The notes below the pieces were generated by a model that made no database searches, was not told the origin of the DNA, and worked only from the letters and a program-made list of their open reading frames with translations. A DNA stretch of 64,000 bases from an uncultured Rikenellaceae bacterium (lineage in GTDB: Bacteria > Bacteroidota > Bacteroidia > Bacteroidales > Rikenellaceae): contig CAYJIF010000001.1 of assembly GCA_964370175.1 (NCBI GenBank), positions 5,732-69,731 of the forward strand, written 5' to 3'. Shown here piece by piece: positions 25,506-36,163 of the stretch. The position numbers were made by a program, and so were the translations under genes. The stretch's first letter is position 1. Every line of letters starts with the position of its first letter.

Positions 25506-28376
25506 ATGAAAAAAAAGCTATTTTTGGTGGACGCTTATGCGCTAATTTTCCGCTTCCACTATGCCTTCATCTCCTCGGCAATGCGCAACCCCGCGGGGCA
25601 GAACGTTTCGGCTGTTTTTGGCTTCACAAAATTCATTTACGAGTTGCTCGATCGCGAGCAACCCGACTACTTAGGCGTTGCCTTCGACCCCAAGGGTGGC
25701 AACTTCCGCCACAAGCTCTACCCCGAATACAAAGCCAACAGAGAGGCTACCCCCGAAGATATAATCTTTGCAACGCCCATTATCAAAGAGATTCTCACGG
25801 CAATGCACATTCCTATTTTAGAGGTGCCAGGCTATGAGGCCGATGATGTGATTGGCACACTGAGCACAAAGGCGTGCCAGAGTGGCGAGTTCTACACCTA
25901 CATGGTGACCTCGGACAAAGATTACGGACAGCTGGTGACCGACTGCACGGTGATGTACAAACCCTCGAAGAATGGTATCGAGATTTGGGGCGAGAGGGAA
26001 GTTACCGAGCACTTCGGCATAGCTCGCACAGAGCAAATCATAGATATTTTGGCCATCTGGGGCGATGCCTCGGATAATATTCCTGGCGTGGCTGGCATTG
26101 GGCAGAAAGGCGCGCAAAAACTCATCGAAGAGTATGGCAGCGTCCAAAACGTCATCGATAACATCGAAAACCTTAAAGGCGCCACACGCACAAAGGTCGA
26201 GAATTCTCTCGAAAAGCTAAAACTATCGCGCGAGTTGGCCACTATTTGCAGAGAAGTGCCTCTGGATTTTTCATTCGAGGAGCTCAGAGTTCAGAGTGCT
26301 GATAGCGAAACCTTGCGTGAGATATATCGCACGCACAACTTCCGTTCGTTTTTGCAACGTCTCGCCTCCGATGATTTTCTGATGGGTGCAGGCCCTATTG
26401 CCAAACAGAGCCCTCAAGGGCAGGCCTTGGCAACACCCAGCTACTCCGAGCAAAAGGCCGCGGAGTATCGTCAAGGTTCGCTCTTCGACCCACCGCAACC
26501 CTCCCCCACCGCACCCTCCACAAACACCACCGCACAGACAGAGCTATTCGCCCCCCCCACAGGCGACTACACCCTGAGTACCGACTACCAGACCATCCAC
26601 ACCACAGAGCACAACTACGTGGCCGTTGAGAGTTTTGCTCAACTTCAGAGCGTGGTGGAGGAGTTTGAGAAACTCAGCGCCTTCGCTCTGGACACCGAAA
26701 CCACATCGGTGGAGCCAATGCGCGCCAAATTGTTAGGTATTTCGCTCTGTGGCAAGGCATCTAAGGCCTATTGGATACCCATCACGGACGAAAACAGAGA
26801 AGAGTTTCTGGGGATACTCGCCCCTCTGTTGGGCGATTGCAATATTGCCAAAGTGGGGCAAAACATTAAGTATGATATCGAAGTGTTGAGCAGAAGCGGC
26901 GTTGAGGTATGCGGAAGGCTATATGACACTATGATTATGCACTACCTGCTCGATGCCGAGGGGCGGCACTCGCTCGATGCAATGGCGCGTAACTTCTTGG
27001 GTTACAACCCCATTTCCATCGAGGAGCTCATCGGCAAGGGCAAGAATCAACTCTCAATGGAGCAGGTCCCCGATGCTCAGATATGCGACTACGCTTGCGA
27101 AGATGCTGACATCACACTGCAACTCTACGAACACTTCGCCCCTCAGGTGGATAAAGAGCTGTACTGCAAAATCGAAGAGCCTCTCATCGAGGTGCTCAGC
27201 ACAATGGAGATGAACGGGGTGAAGATTGACACCGAGATACTGAGTGACGTGCAGAACCAGTTAGAGGCGAGGCTTGCAAAGATTGAGAGCGAGATTTTCG
27301 CACTCGCTGGCACCAGTTCCATTAACATTAACTCCCCAAAACAGCTCGGCGAGCTGCTCTTCGAGACCTTCAAACTTGACCCCAAGGCAAAAAAAACCAA
27401 GACGGGGCAGTATAAAACCGATGAGGCTACTCTCGAAAAATTGCAGGGTGCGCACCCCATTGTCGAGCAGATTCTGGAGTACCGCGGTCTCAAAAAGCTA
27501 CTATCCACCTATGTGGAGGCACTGCCACTGTTGATAAATCCAAAAACAGGGCGAGTTCACACCTCCTTCAACCAAGCCCTCACAGCCACTGGCAGACTCA
27601 GTTCCTCGAATCCCAACCTACAGAACATTCCTATTCGAGAGGAGATGGGACGACAAATACGCCGTGCTTTTGTGCCCGGAGAGCAGGGGTGGAAGATGCT
27701 TTCTGCCGACTATTCACAAGTAGAGCTGCGTATAATGGCGCACCTGAGCGAGGACAAAAACCTTATCAAGGCATTCAAAGAGGGACAGGATATTCACTCC
27801 GCAACCGCAGCACTGATATTCAACTCCCCCATCGATGAGGTCACCAGCGAACAGCGTCGTCAAGCCAAAACTGCCAACTTTGGCATTATATATGGTATAT
27901 CGGCATTTGGTCTCGCCTCAAGGCTAAACATATCTCGCAGCGAGGCGGGAGCACTCATCAGCGGATACTTTGCGAGCTACCCTGGAGTGAAGAACTATAT
28001 GGACGAAGTTACCGCCAAGGCATCAGAACTGGGGTATGTGGAGACGCTCTTTGGGCGCAGGCGCTACCTCAACGACATTGCCTCGTCTAACCACACCATG
28101 CGTTCGCTCGCCCAGCGCAATGCCATCAACGCACCCATACAAGGCACCGCAGCCGACATCATGAAGCTCGCCATGATTGGCATCTACAACGAACTCAAGG
28201 GTCGAAAAATGCAGGCGCGCATGATACTGCAAATTCATGATGAGATTGTCATAGAGTGCCCGAGCGAGGAGGTTGAGGCAATAAGCGCCATCGTTGTGGA
28301 GCAGATGATGGGGGCGGCACAACTCTCCGTGCCGCTGGAAGTAAACGTGGAGGTGGCAGAGAGCTGGAGTAAATAA
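25506..28376 (+). CDS. polA: DNA polymerase I
   Basis: 5' nuclease (LVDAYALIFRFHYA), 3'-5' exonuclease (FALDTETTS) and pol domain (DYSQVELRI, QIHDEIV). Confidence 0.97.
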   Translation: MKKKLFLVDAYALIFRFHYAFISSAMRNPAGQNVSAVFGFTKFIYELLDREQPDYLGVAFDPKGGNFRHKLYPEYKANREATPEDIIFATPIIKEILTAMHIPILEVPGYEADDVIGTLSTKACQSGEFYTYMVTSDKDYGQLVTDCTVMYKPSKNGIEIWGEREVTEHFGIARTEQIIDILAIWGDASDNIPGVAGIGQKGAQKLIEEYGSVQNVIDNIENLKGATRTKVENSLEKLKLSRELATICREVPLDFSFEELRVQSADSETLREIYRTHNFRSFLQRLASDDFLMGAGPIAKQSPQGQALATPSYSEQKAAEYRQGSLFDPPQPSPTAPSTNTTAQTELFAPPTGDYTLSTDYQTIHTTEHNYVAVESFAQLQSVVEEFEKLSAFALDTETTSVEPMRAKLLGISLCGKASKAYWIPITDENREEFLGILAPLLGDCNIAKVGQNIKYDIEVLSRSGVEVCGRLYDTMIMHYLLDAEGRHSLDAMARNFLGYNPISIEELIGKGKNQLSMEQVPDAQICDYACEDADITLQLYEHFAPQVDKELYCKIEEPLIEVLSTMEMNGVKIDTEILSDVQNQLEARLAKIESEIFALAGTSSININSPKQLGELLFETFKLDPKAKKTKTGQYKTDEATLEKLQGAHPIVEQILEYRGLKKLLSTYVEALPLLINPKTGRVHTSFNQALTATGRLSSSNPNLQNIPIREEMGRQIRRAFVPGEQGWKMLSADYSQVELRIMAHLSEDKNLIKAFKEGQDIHSATAALIFNSPIDEVTSEQRRQAKTANFGIIYGISAFGLASRLNISRSEAGALISGYFASYPGVKNYMDEVTAKASELGYVETLFGRRRYLNDIASSNHTMRSLAQRNAINAPIQGTAADIMKLAMIGIYNELKGRKMQARMILQIHDEIVIECPSEEVEAISAIVVEQMMGAAQLSVPLEVNVEVAESWSK

Positions 28377-28404
28377 TTTTTCACACAATACGACAAGTAA
28401 CAAA

Positions 28405-29103
28405 ATGCAAAAACTCATCAAATTCATACCAAACCTAATCACACTTCTCAACCTACTGTGTGGACTTGGGGCAATTTTCAGCGCATTCACAGGCTCGATG
28501 GTTACGGCCTTTTGGTTTATAGTAGTGGCCGCCGTTTTCGATTTCTGTGACGGGCTTGCAGCAAAACTCCTCAACGCTCGCTCGGAGGTGGGTGTTCAGC
28601 TCGATTCGCTCAGCGATGTGGTGAGTTTCGGAGTTGCGCCAGCTTTTATGCTATGCCTCTCTACCATTATGATGACGGGCGTTAGTGCTCCGATATGGGT
28701 AGGATTCGTCCCATTGCTATTGGCAGCAGCAGCGGCCTATCGCCTGGCTGTTTTCAACACCGACACCACTCAAACCACCGAATTCCGAGGCCTTCCAACA
28801 CCCGCCATGGGGCTACTGGTGGCATCAATTAGCTGCTACACCATGCGCCTATGGGGCACGCCCGTTACTTGGGCAATTCTCAGCCCCGCAATCACCCTCA
28901 TTCTTGGGGCACTGATGGTGAGTCGAATCCCTATGTTTTCGTTTAAATTCAAGGATTTTTCGTTTGCGAACAACAAACTAAGACTCATTTTTGCACTCTG
29001 CTCACTGGCGGCGCTGATATGGCTCGGAGTCATAGCAGCCACTGGCGTTATCATTGCTTCATACATCCTGATTTCAGTGGTGTTGTGGCTCACCAAAAAG
29101 TAA
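28405..29103 (+). CDS. pssA: CDP-diacylglycerol--serine O-phosphatidyltransferase
   Basis: CDP-alcohol phosphatidyltransferase motif DFCDGLAAKLL...GVQLDSLSDVVSFG. Multi-TM protein. Confidence 0.8.
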   Translation: MQKLIKFIPNLITLLNLLCGLGAIFSAFTGSMVTAFWFIVVAAVFDFCDGLAAKLLNARSEVGVQLDSLSDVVSFGVAPAFMLCLSTIMMTGVSAPIWVGFVPLLLAAAAAYRLAVFNTDTTQTTEFRGLPTPAMGLLVASISCYTMRLWGTPVTWAILSPAITLILGALMVSRIPMFSFKFKDFSFANNKLRLIFALCSLAALIWLGVIAATGVIIASYILISVVLWLTKK

Positions 29104-29141
29104 AAAACTGTGTGAAATAGGGATATTTCGCCTTTTTTTCG

Positions 29142-29149
29142 TATCTTTG
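29142..29149 (+). promoter_or_regulatory. -7 promoter motif TATCTTTG (porin-like gene)
   Basis: TAnnTTTG, 46 nt before ATG 29196 and 91 nt before ATG 29241. Confidence 0.45.
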
Positions 29150-29240
29150 TGCCGAATTTTGTACGATTTTCGCCTACGAAACGTTATATAAAATAATGAA
29201 TCTGTGGTACCCCGAAGCGGGGCGAGAATCTATAAGAGAT

Positions 29241-31331
29241 ATGCAAAGAGTTTTAATTACTATAATTTCAGTATTGGCACTGGGCCTAAGCACGCTTGAA
29301 CTAAGTGCGCAGATTCCTAATTACGACCCTACCACAGGCGAGATTAATCGCAATATTGGCGAGCCTCGCGACTATCGCACCGACGAGGAAAAAGCCGCCG
29401 ATGAGGCTGCCGAAAAAGCCGCCGCTGAGGCCGATACCACCGAGCAAGAACCTCCAAAACCTCTGCTCTCATACTACTTCGACGACACCACACGCTACGA
29501 CAATCCATACTTTATGTGGAGGGTCAGCACGCTGTTCAACAACGCAACCCTAGCGCCGATTGACACCCTGCCCGGAGACTCGTTCCAGATAGACTACCCC
29601 TTTATGCGCATTGATGGCGGAATAGGTTCCGCATATCTGGGCAACTTAGGCTCGGCCACCATCCCTCTGAGCTACTTTTCCAGAGAGGTCTCCCGCAATT
29701 TCTCATTCATGGACGCGTGGAGCACCTACCTCAAAGACCCCGAACAAGTACAGTTCTACAACACCCGCAAGCCCTTCTCCAGAATAACCTACGAAATGTC
29801 GGGGGAGGTTGATATAGAAGAAAACCTCTTCAACGCACTGCTCTCTCACAACATCACACCTTCGACCACGGTCAACATCAACTACAATGGCGACGGCACC
29901 AAGGGGATGTACATCAACCAAAAGACGCTGGTGTGGAACCTCGCACTATCTGCCGCCCACACTGGGAAGAATTGGGCAATTCACGGCGGGTATATCTACA
30001 ACGGAGGGGATATAATCGAGAATGGTGGTATTATTGACGACAGTTTCGTGCTCGATACCATCATCGACCAACCCAACCAAATTGACGTAAAGCTCAAAGA
30101 TGCAAGGAACAATTACCGAGGACACACCGTCTGGTGGACAACAAGCTACGGCATTCCGCTACGAGAACTTGGCGAAGATGAGCTGACCATTGAAAAAGCC
30201 CCTGCTGTATTCATCGGCAACTCTTTCAACTACACTATGTTCCACAAAACATACACCGCCGTGGGAGACACATCGTTCTACCCCAACTGGAACATCGACC
30301 CCGTAAACACCTACGACTCCATATCACAACAGATGCTCGACACAAAGTTCTTTGTGCAGCTTCAGCCCTACGACCGTGATGGTGTCATTGGGCTCATCTC
30401 AGCAGGTGTTGGTAACGATTTTTCGTCCTACTACCTCAACGTCCCCAGCCAGTTCCGAGAAGAGTGGCAAGTGGGCGGTAGAGTCAACACAAACTCACTA
30501 TACCTCTACGGTGATATAAATGGCAAGGTTAGCAAATATGTAAACTGGAGGGCAGACGCTCGACTAAACATGATTGGGTACAGAGCCGGAGATTTGGATA
30601 TTGGGGGCGACCTCAAATTCTCGCTCTACGACAAAGAACAACGCCCAATATCGCTGACCGCCTCAGCGCGATTCAAAATGACATCGCCAGACTACTGGGA
30701 CGAACACTACTTCTCCAACCACTTCGCATGGAACAATTCCTTCAGCAAAGAAGCAAGCACAAGGCTTGCAGGGCGACTGGATGTAGACCCCATCAATCTG
30801 CATTTGGGGGCTGAATATGAGCTCACCACGAACAAAATCTACTACGACTCGCTAATGACACCCGCTCAGTTCAAAGACGCGCTGAGTGTGCTGGGCATCT
30901 ACGCACAAAAAGATTTCAAACTCGGAGCCTTCAACTTCAACCATCGACTGCTCTTCCAACACTCCTCCAATCAGGCTGTTGCCCCCGTACCCTCGCTCTC
31001 GGCCTATGTGAGCTACTTTGTAGGATTCCCCGTGGTGAAGAACGTGCTTGACTTGGAGATAGGCGTAGACGGAAGATACCAAACCGAACACTACGGCTTT
31101 GGCTACAACCCTGCGCTGGGCAAGTTCTACAACCAATCCGAAGTTAAAGTCGGCGGATTCCCCTACCTCGACGCCTTTGTGTCGGCAAAGTGGAAACGGA
31201 TGAAAATTCTAATCAAAGCTCAGAACTTTAACGTCGGGCTCTTTGGCGGGCGCAACTACTTCATGGTGGCACACTACCCCCAAAATAGATTCATGCTCAA
31301 ATTCCGCTTCTCGTGGTGGTTCTACGATTAG
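29241..31331 (+). CDS. putative outer-membrane beta-barrel protein ('putative porin' family)
   Basis: Signal peptide MQRVLITIISVLALGLSTLELSAQ. Aromatic-rich beta-strand pattern. C-terminal ...FRFSWWFYD. The start could instead be ATG 29196. Confidence 0.6.
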   Translation: MQRVLITIISVLALGLSTLELSAQIPNYDPTTGEINRNIGEPRDYRTDEEKAADEAAEKAAAEADTTEQEPPKPLLSYYFDDTTRYDNPYFMWRVSTLFNNATLAPIDTLPGDSFQIDYPFMRIDGGIGSAYLGNLGSATIPLSYFSREVSRNFSFMDAWSTYLKDPEQVQFYNTRKPFSRITYEMSGEVDIEENLFNALLSHNITPSTTVNINYNGDGTKGMYINQKTLVWNLALSAAHTGKNWAIHGGYIYNGGDIIENGGIIDDSFVLDTIIDQPNQIDVKLKDARNNYRGHTVWWTTSYGIPLRELGEDELTIEKAPAVFIGNSFNYTMFHKTYTAVGDTSFYPNWNIDPVNTYDSISQQMLDTKFFVQLQPYDRDGVIGLISAGVGNDFSSYYLNVPSQFREEWQVGGRVNTNSLYLYGDINGKVSKYVNWRADARLNMIGYRAGDLDIGGDLKFSLYDKEQRPISLTASARFKMTSPDYWDEHYFSNHFAWNNSFSKEASTRLAGRLDVDPINLHLGAEYELTTNKIYYDSLMTPAQFKDALSVLGIYAQKDFKLGAFNFNHRLLFQHSSNQAVAPVPSLSAYVSYFVGFPVVKNVLDLEIGVDGRYQTEHYGFGYNPALGKFYNQSEVKVGGFPYLDAFVSAKWKRMKILIKAQNFNVGLFGGRNYFMVAHYPQNRFMLKFRFSWWFYD

Positions 31332-31461
31332 ACACGAGCATGATTTTTAATAACACACCAAACACTTGTAAAATCTTAGCGAGGACTAAGACACATCATA
31401 AAGACGCAAAGCATTACCCCCCACAACGACAGTCAACGGAAGTTTCACTAAAACTAATTTC

Positions 31462-32082
31462 ATGAGGAAGAGACAAAAAAGATTTATTTCAGTTATTATC
31501 TGTTTTTGCATTGGACTATTCAGCGGAGGCTACCTCTCGCAGCACAGCACAAGAGCAGGAGAATTCAACACCGAGCGCCAACTGCTCTACAGCACAGCAA
31601 TATCGCCGTACGACATGATGGTTCGAGAGATTTCAAAACAAACCCCCTGGGATTGGAAATTACTCCTCGCAATTGCTCACACTGAATCACGCTTTAACCC
31701 CAAAATTAAGTCCCACAGAGGCGCAACAGGACTAATGCAAATCATGCCCTCCACTGCTCGAGCACAAGGCTATGGAGATGCCGACCTTACAGACCCCAAA
31801 ACCAACATCACTGTTGCAATTAAAGTTTTGGATGTCACCTCTCGCTCATTCTATTTTCCAGAGGGCACAAACCCTGAGGAGAGGCTGAAAATCATACTGG
31901 CGGCGTATAACGCAGGCATTGGGTACGTTTTCAATGCTCGCAAAGCAGCAATCGCCGAAGGAATGGCATACAACAACTGGGCAGTGCTCAAAAACTACAT
32001 AACCCGAAATGGCACACATGCCGAAACCGTAGGGTATGTACGCAAGGTAATGGCAAAATACGAAGAATATAAGAGCATTTAG
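31462..32082 (+). CDS. lytic transglycosylase (SLT) domain protein
   Basis: AHTESRFNP...ATGLMQIMPSTA...AAYNAG. Confidence 0.8.
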   Translation: MRKRQKRFISVIICFCIGLFSGGYLSQHSTRAGEFNTERQLLYSTAISPYDMMVREISKQTPWDWKLLLAIAHTESRFNPKIKSHRGATGLMQIMPSTARAQGYGDADLTDPKTNITVAIKVLDVTSRSFYFPEGTNPEERLKIILAAYNAGIGYVFNARKAAIAEGMAYNNWAVLKNYITRNGTHAETVGYVRKVMAKYEEYKSI

Positions 32083-32134
32083 TTTTTCATTTCTTTCCCG
32101 TCTTCTATTCGCAAATAAATAATCGCTCTATCAC

Positions 32135-33295
32135 ATGGCAACACGCATCACTATACTTGGTTCGACAGGCTCCATTGGGACTCAAACCCTGGAGGTTGTG
32201 CGTTCTTACCCTGACAGTTTCGAGGTAGAATGCTTGACTGCGGCCAACAGCTGGGAGATGCTTGCCCGCCAGGCCAAAGAATTTGGCGTGCAAAGAGTGG
32301 TGATTGCCAACGAGGCACACTGTGGAAAACTGCGCAAAGCTCTGCAAGGCACCAAAATCGAGGTGCTCTGCGGGGTTGATGCCATAGAGCAGGTGGCCAA
32401 AAGCACCAGCTGCGATATGGTGGTTAATGCGCTGGTAGGTTTTGCAGGGCTGGCGCCAACTATTGCAGCTATCAGAGCTGGGCGCAAGGTTGCGCTCGCC
32501 AACAAAGAGAGCTTGGTGGTGGGTGGAGAAATAATCATGCCAATGGTCAAAGAGTTCGGAGCGGAGATAATCCCCATCGACTCTGAACATTCGGCAATAT
32601 ACCAAGCCCTACGAGGCGAGAACTCCCCGCCTAAGCGAATACTGCTAACGGCTTCGGGGGGTGCACTGCGAAAAACTCCCATGGAGGAGCTCTCCACGGT
32701 TACTCCAGCTCAGGTGCTATGCCACCCTGTATGGGATATGGGGGCGAAGATTACCGTGGATTCGGCAACGATGCTTAACAAAGGGCTGGAGGTCATCGAG
32801 GCTGTACACCTCTTTGGTGTGACGCCAAAGCAAATCCAGGTTGTGATTCACCCTCAGAGCATCATTCACTCCGCCGTGGAGTTTGCCGACAACGCCATCA
32901 TCGCACAGATGTCATACCCAGATATGAGGCTTGCCATTCAGTACGCTCTGTTCGAGACCGAACGCATGGAGGTCAAGGGCTTGCAGAGTTTCGACCCGTT
33001 TATCACAAGCACGCTGAATTTCGAAAAGCCGTGCACTCAGAGATACGCCTGCTTGGAGCTCGCCTACGATGCCATCGAGGCTGGCGGAGTAATGCCCACA
33101 GTGCTTAACGGTGCAGGAGAAGTCGCCACGGAGGCTTTCTTAAGAGGAAAAATATCGTTTGTGCAGATTGCACAAATAATCGAGACAACACTCTGCAGAA
33201 GCACCGCGTCGCCAGTGCGTACGATTGAAGATGTTTTTGAGGCCGACTCGCGAGCAAGAGATATTGCCGAACAGTTGGTTTTATCAAAAAAATAG
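32135..33295 (+). CDS. dxr: 1-deoxy-D-xylulose-5-phosphate reductoisomerase
   Basis: ILGSTGSIGTQTL, LANKESLV, IDSEHSAI. Confidence 0.95.
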   Translation: MATRITILGSTGSIGTQTLEVVRSYPDSFEVECLTAANSWEMLARQAKEFGVQRVVIANEAHCGKLRKALQGTKIEVLCGVDAIEQVAKSTSCDMVVNALVGFAGLAPTIAAIRAGRKVALANKESLVVGGEIIMPMVKEFGAEIIPIDSEHSAIYQALRGENSPPKRILLTASGGALRKTPMEELSTVTPAQVLCHPVWDMGAKITVDSATMLNKGLEVIEAVHLFGVTPKQIQVVIHPQSIIHSAVEFADNAIIAQMSYPDMRLAIQYALFETERMEVKGLQSFDPFITSTLNFEKPCTQRYACLELAYDAIEAGGVMPTVLNGAGEVATEAFLRGKISFVQIAQIIETTLCRSTASPVRTIEDVFEADSRARDIAEQLVLSKK

Positions 33296-33303
33296 TATCT
33301 TTG
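33296..33303 (+). promoter_or_regulatory. -7 promoter motif TATCTTTG (rseP)
   Basis: TAnnTTTG starting 1 nt after the dxr stop, 54 nt before ATG 33358. Confidence 0.45.
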
Positions 33304-33357
33304 CGTGACACAAAAGCAAAAGAATACGAAAAGAAATTTAATAACAGACTAACCCAT

Positions 33358-34659
33358 ATGGTAATAAAAATCATTCAATTCCTAATGAGCATCTCGCTCA
33401 TCATTCTCATTCACGAATTCGGACACTATATTTTCGCAAAGATTTTCAAATGTAGGGTTGAGAAATTCTATCTGTTTTTCGATTGGAAATTCTCGCTGCT
33501 TAAAAAGAAATACGGTGAGACAACCTATGGTATTGGTTGGATTCCACTGGGCGGTTACGTGAAAATCGCGGGGATGGTGGACGAATCAATGGACAAAGAG
33601 CAACTCCGCCAAGAGCCCAAACCGTGGGAATATCGCAGCAAACCAGCGTGGCAAAGGCTCTTTATTATCGTGGGGGGAGTATTGATGAACTTCATTCTTG
33701 CCATATCGATTTATATTGGACTCTCGTGGGTTTATGGGCATAGCTACGTCCACAACAAAGATGTTGCTTATGGCTATGAATTCTCGCAAACAGCCACAAG
33801 CATTGGCTTTGAGAATGGTGATAAAATCATCTCCATTGATGGCATCGCCGTGGAGAACTCAGGTGCATTAGCATCTGAAATTCTGCTCAGCGACGAACGC
33901 AATGTGCTCGTCGAAAGAAACGGAGAAGAGATACTGGTACAGATTGATGATGCGGCAGTTGGCAAGCTACTCAACGAGGGCAGCTTTGTTAGAACTCGTA
34001 TGCCATTTGTCGTGGCGGCAATCACCACTGCTCAAAACAGCGAGGCTCTCGCTGTTGGGGACTCTATGGTCAGTGTCAATGGCGCATCGATGCGCTTTTC
34101 TGATGAGTTCCAAAGCGCACTCCTCGCAAACGCAGGCGATAGCATTACACTCGGACTGGTAAGAGAGGGCGAACTAATCAACAGTCGAGTGCTTGTCAAT
34201 GCTGAAGGAACGCTGGGCATCGCACTCAAAAACATTAATATTTACCCCGTAACCGAACGCCAATTCACATTCCTCGAGGCAGTACCACAGGGAATTTCAA
34301 TGGGCGTGGAACAACTTTCGAGCTACTTCGACCAGCTATCTCTGATTTTCTCGCCCGCGACCGAGGCATACAAGGGTGTCGGAGGGTTTATTACCATGGG
34401 TAGCATCTTCCCTGATGTGTGGGATTGGCAGTACTTCTGGAGCATTACTGCTCTACTCTCCATCATGATTGGGGTGCTGAACATCATGCCTATACCTGCT
34501 CTTGATGGCGGTCACTTGGTGTTCATCATCTACGAAATGATTACTCGCCGCCCACCATCGCAAAAATTCATGGAAGCGGCACAAACAGTTGGCTTTATCC
34601 TCATCATTGGAGTGGTGTTGCTTGCCAACGGAAACGACATCATTAAGCTATTTAATTAG
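33358..34659 (+). CDS. rseP: RIP metalloprotease RseP (site-2 protease)
   Basis: HEFGHY, a PDZ region and NIMPIPALDGGH. Start taken at ATG 33358, after a TATCTTTG motif. Confidence 0.9.
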   Translation: MVIKIIQFLMSISLIILIHEFGHYIFAKIFKCRVEKFYLFFDWKFSLLKKKYGETTYGIGWIPLGGYVKIAGMVDESMDKEQLRQEPKPWEYRSKPAWQRLFIIVGGVLMNFILAISIYIGLSWVYGHSYVHNKDVAYGYEFSQTATSIGFENGDKIISIDGIAVENSGALASEILLSDERNVLVERNGEEILVQIDDAAVGKLLNEGSFVRTRMPFVVAAITTAQNSEALAVGDSMVSVNGASMRFSDEFQSALLANAGDSITLGLVREGELINSRVLVNAEGTLGIALKNINIYPVTERQFTFLEAVPQGISMGVEQLSSYFDQLSLIFSPATEAYKGVGGFITMGSIFPDVWDWQYFWSITALLSIMIGVLNIMPIPALDGGHLVFIIYEMITRRPPSQKFMEAAQTVGFILIIGVVLLANGNDIIKLFN

Positions 34660-34708
34660 TAACATAGGGTCGCCCCCCTCCACTATTAATTACGCAACAA
34701 TAGCAAAT

Positions 34709-34749
34709 AAAAACAGAGCGAGAGGTTATGTACCTCTCGCTCTGTTTTT
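34709..34749. terminator. canonical intrinsic terminator (bidirectional) between rseP and the ROK kinase gene
   Basis: Perfect 14-bp stem ACAGAGCGAGAGGT / ACCTCTCGCTCTGT, 5-nt loop, flanked by AAA and TTTTT. Confidence 0.85.
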
Positions 34750-34858
34750 ATCATCGTGTTTTTGTATCTCTTTGTTTCTATCTATGAATCACTATAGCAG
34801 TGGAGATATATGTTTTGTCTACGCGGCGGGAGTAGCAGTCCCGTGTGCATCGCCTAAG

Positions 34859-35959
34859 TTAGAGCTGCGAGAGTGCATAGGCATAAGCCCCAATCGAGAT
34901 TGCACGGCTGGTGCCAATGTGCGAAAAGCCCACACCCACACGTGCTGCGGGGTCATACTTCACTCGAACATCGCTACCCGGCACAAGAACCTCGCGCACA
35001 TCGCCATGGCAAAAAGCCTTCAATTCAGCCTCGTCGTCAAGGTTATAGACCTTCTGAGCCAATCGTGGGTATTCATCCCCCGTGGCGCTTGTGAAGTTAC
35101 TGCGCATCTCCTCCAGCATAGCCGGAACAAAAAGACTGCGTGCACCAGACACTCCACCACCAATCACTGCCACGCCATCACTAATGGTGAGCACATTGCA
35201 CAGAGCATCGCCAAGAGCTTGCCCCATACGGCGATAAGCCTCACGAGCTGCCTCGACATCACCCTGCTGAATCCCAACGCCAATATCGTAGATTTCTTTT
35301 GGCGAGGGCGTATGCTCGAACGGCGTGTTGGTTAGTTCGCCATAAACCCTCTTGACAGCGCGAATGGAAATATCCTCTTCGATATTGCGCCCTGGGTTAT
35401 ACTTCTGCGACAAGAGCCACACTTCACCCGCTGCCGAGTTGTCACCCTGGTAGAGCCTACCGTCACTCACGATTCCACCACCGAAACCAGTACCCAGAGT
35501 AAAACCCACCAAGTTTTTGAAACGTTTGGGCGAGCCCGACTTCTCCAGCTGCTCGTTCACAAATGGAAGATAGCCTGCAATAGCCTCACCATAGGCATAG
35601 AGGTCGCCATCATTGTTCATAAAAACGGGGATACCAAACTCCAGTGCCAACATCGGCCCCAATGCCACCCCGCCTCTAAAGGCAGGCAGGTTGCCCAGAT
35701 TGCCCACAATACCCTGCGGATAATCGCACGGCCCAGGAAAGGCAAAGCTAATGGCCACTGGCGCTTCCATGAGTTTGGAACGCACCGCATGGAAACCATT
35801 ACGCAGGTTTGCCAAGCATAGTTCGAGGTTATCGGCCGCCGAAGGCAGAGTTATCGGCTCTACTACTTCTTCGCCACCCTGAATTGCGGAAAACACAAAA
35901 TTTGTGCCCCCAGCGTCAAGGGTCATTACAATTCGCTTGTCTTCAAATAGTGAACTCAT
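34859..35959 (-). CDS. ROK family sugar kinase (glucokinase-like)
   Basis: LDAGGTNFVF, TLGTGFGGG, ROK-like fold. Start taken at ATG 35959 (MSSLFEDK). Confidence 0.8.
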   Translation of the reverse strand: MSSLFEDKRIVMTLDAGGTNFVFSAIQGGEEVVEPITLPSAADNLELCLANLRNGFHAVRSKLMEAPVAISFAFPGPCDYPQGIVGNLGNLPAFRGGVALGPMLALEFGIPVFMNNDGDLYAYGEAIAGYLPFVNEQLEKSGSPKRFKNLVGFTLGTGFGGGIVSDGRLYQGDNSAAGEVWLLSQKYNPGRNIEEDISIRAVKRVYGELTNTPFEHTPSPKEIYDIGVGIQQGDVEAAREAYRRMGQALGDALCNVLTISDGVAVIGGGVSGARSLFVPAMLEEMRSNFTSATGDEYPRLAQKVYNLDDEAELKAFCHGDVREVLVPGSDVRVKYDPAARVGVGFSHIGTSRAISIGAYAYALSQL

Positions 35960-36163
35960 CTCTTTAAAGGGTATATGTGTGTAAATGTTGTGGTATTTCT
36001 TAGAGATTAATTGCCGCTCATCCTGCCGCTGTCTCCCCATCCCTTCACCCCTACCCCTACTCCTCTCCCTCGCTCTTGCACAGAGTTTTTTGCCGACTTC
36101 AGAACAGTGAGCAGGGATAAGCTAAAGACTATGATAAGGCGGCGGCGGGGCGCGTTGCTACGA

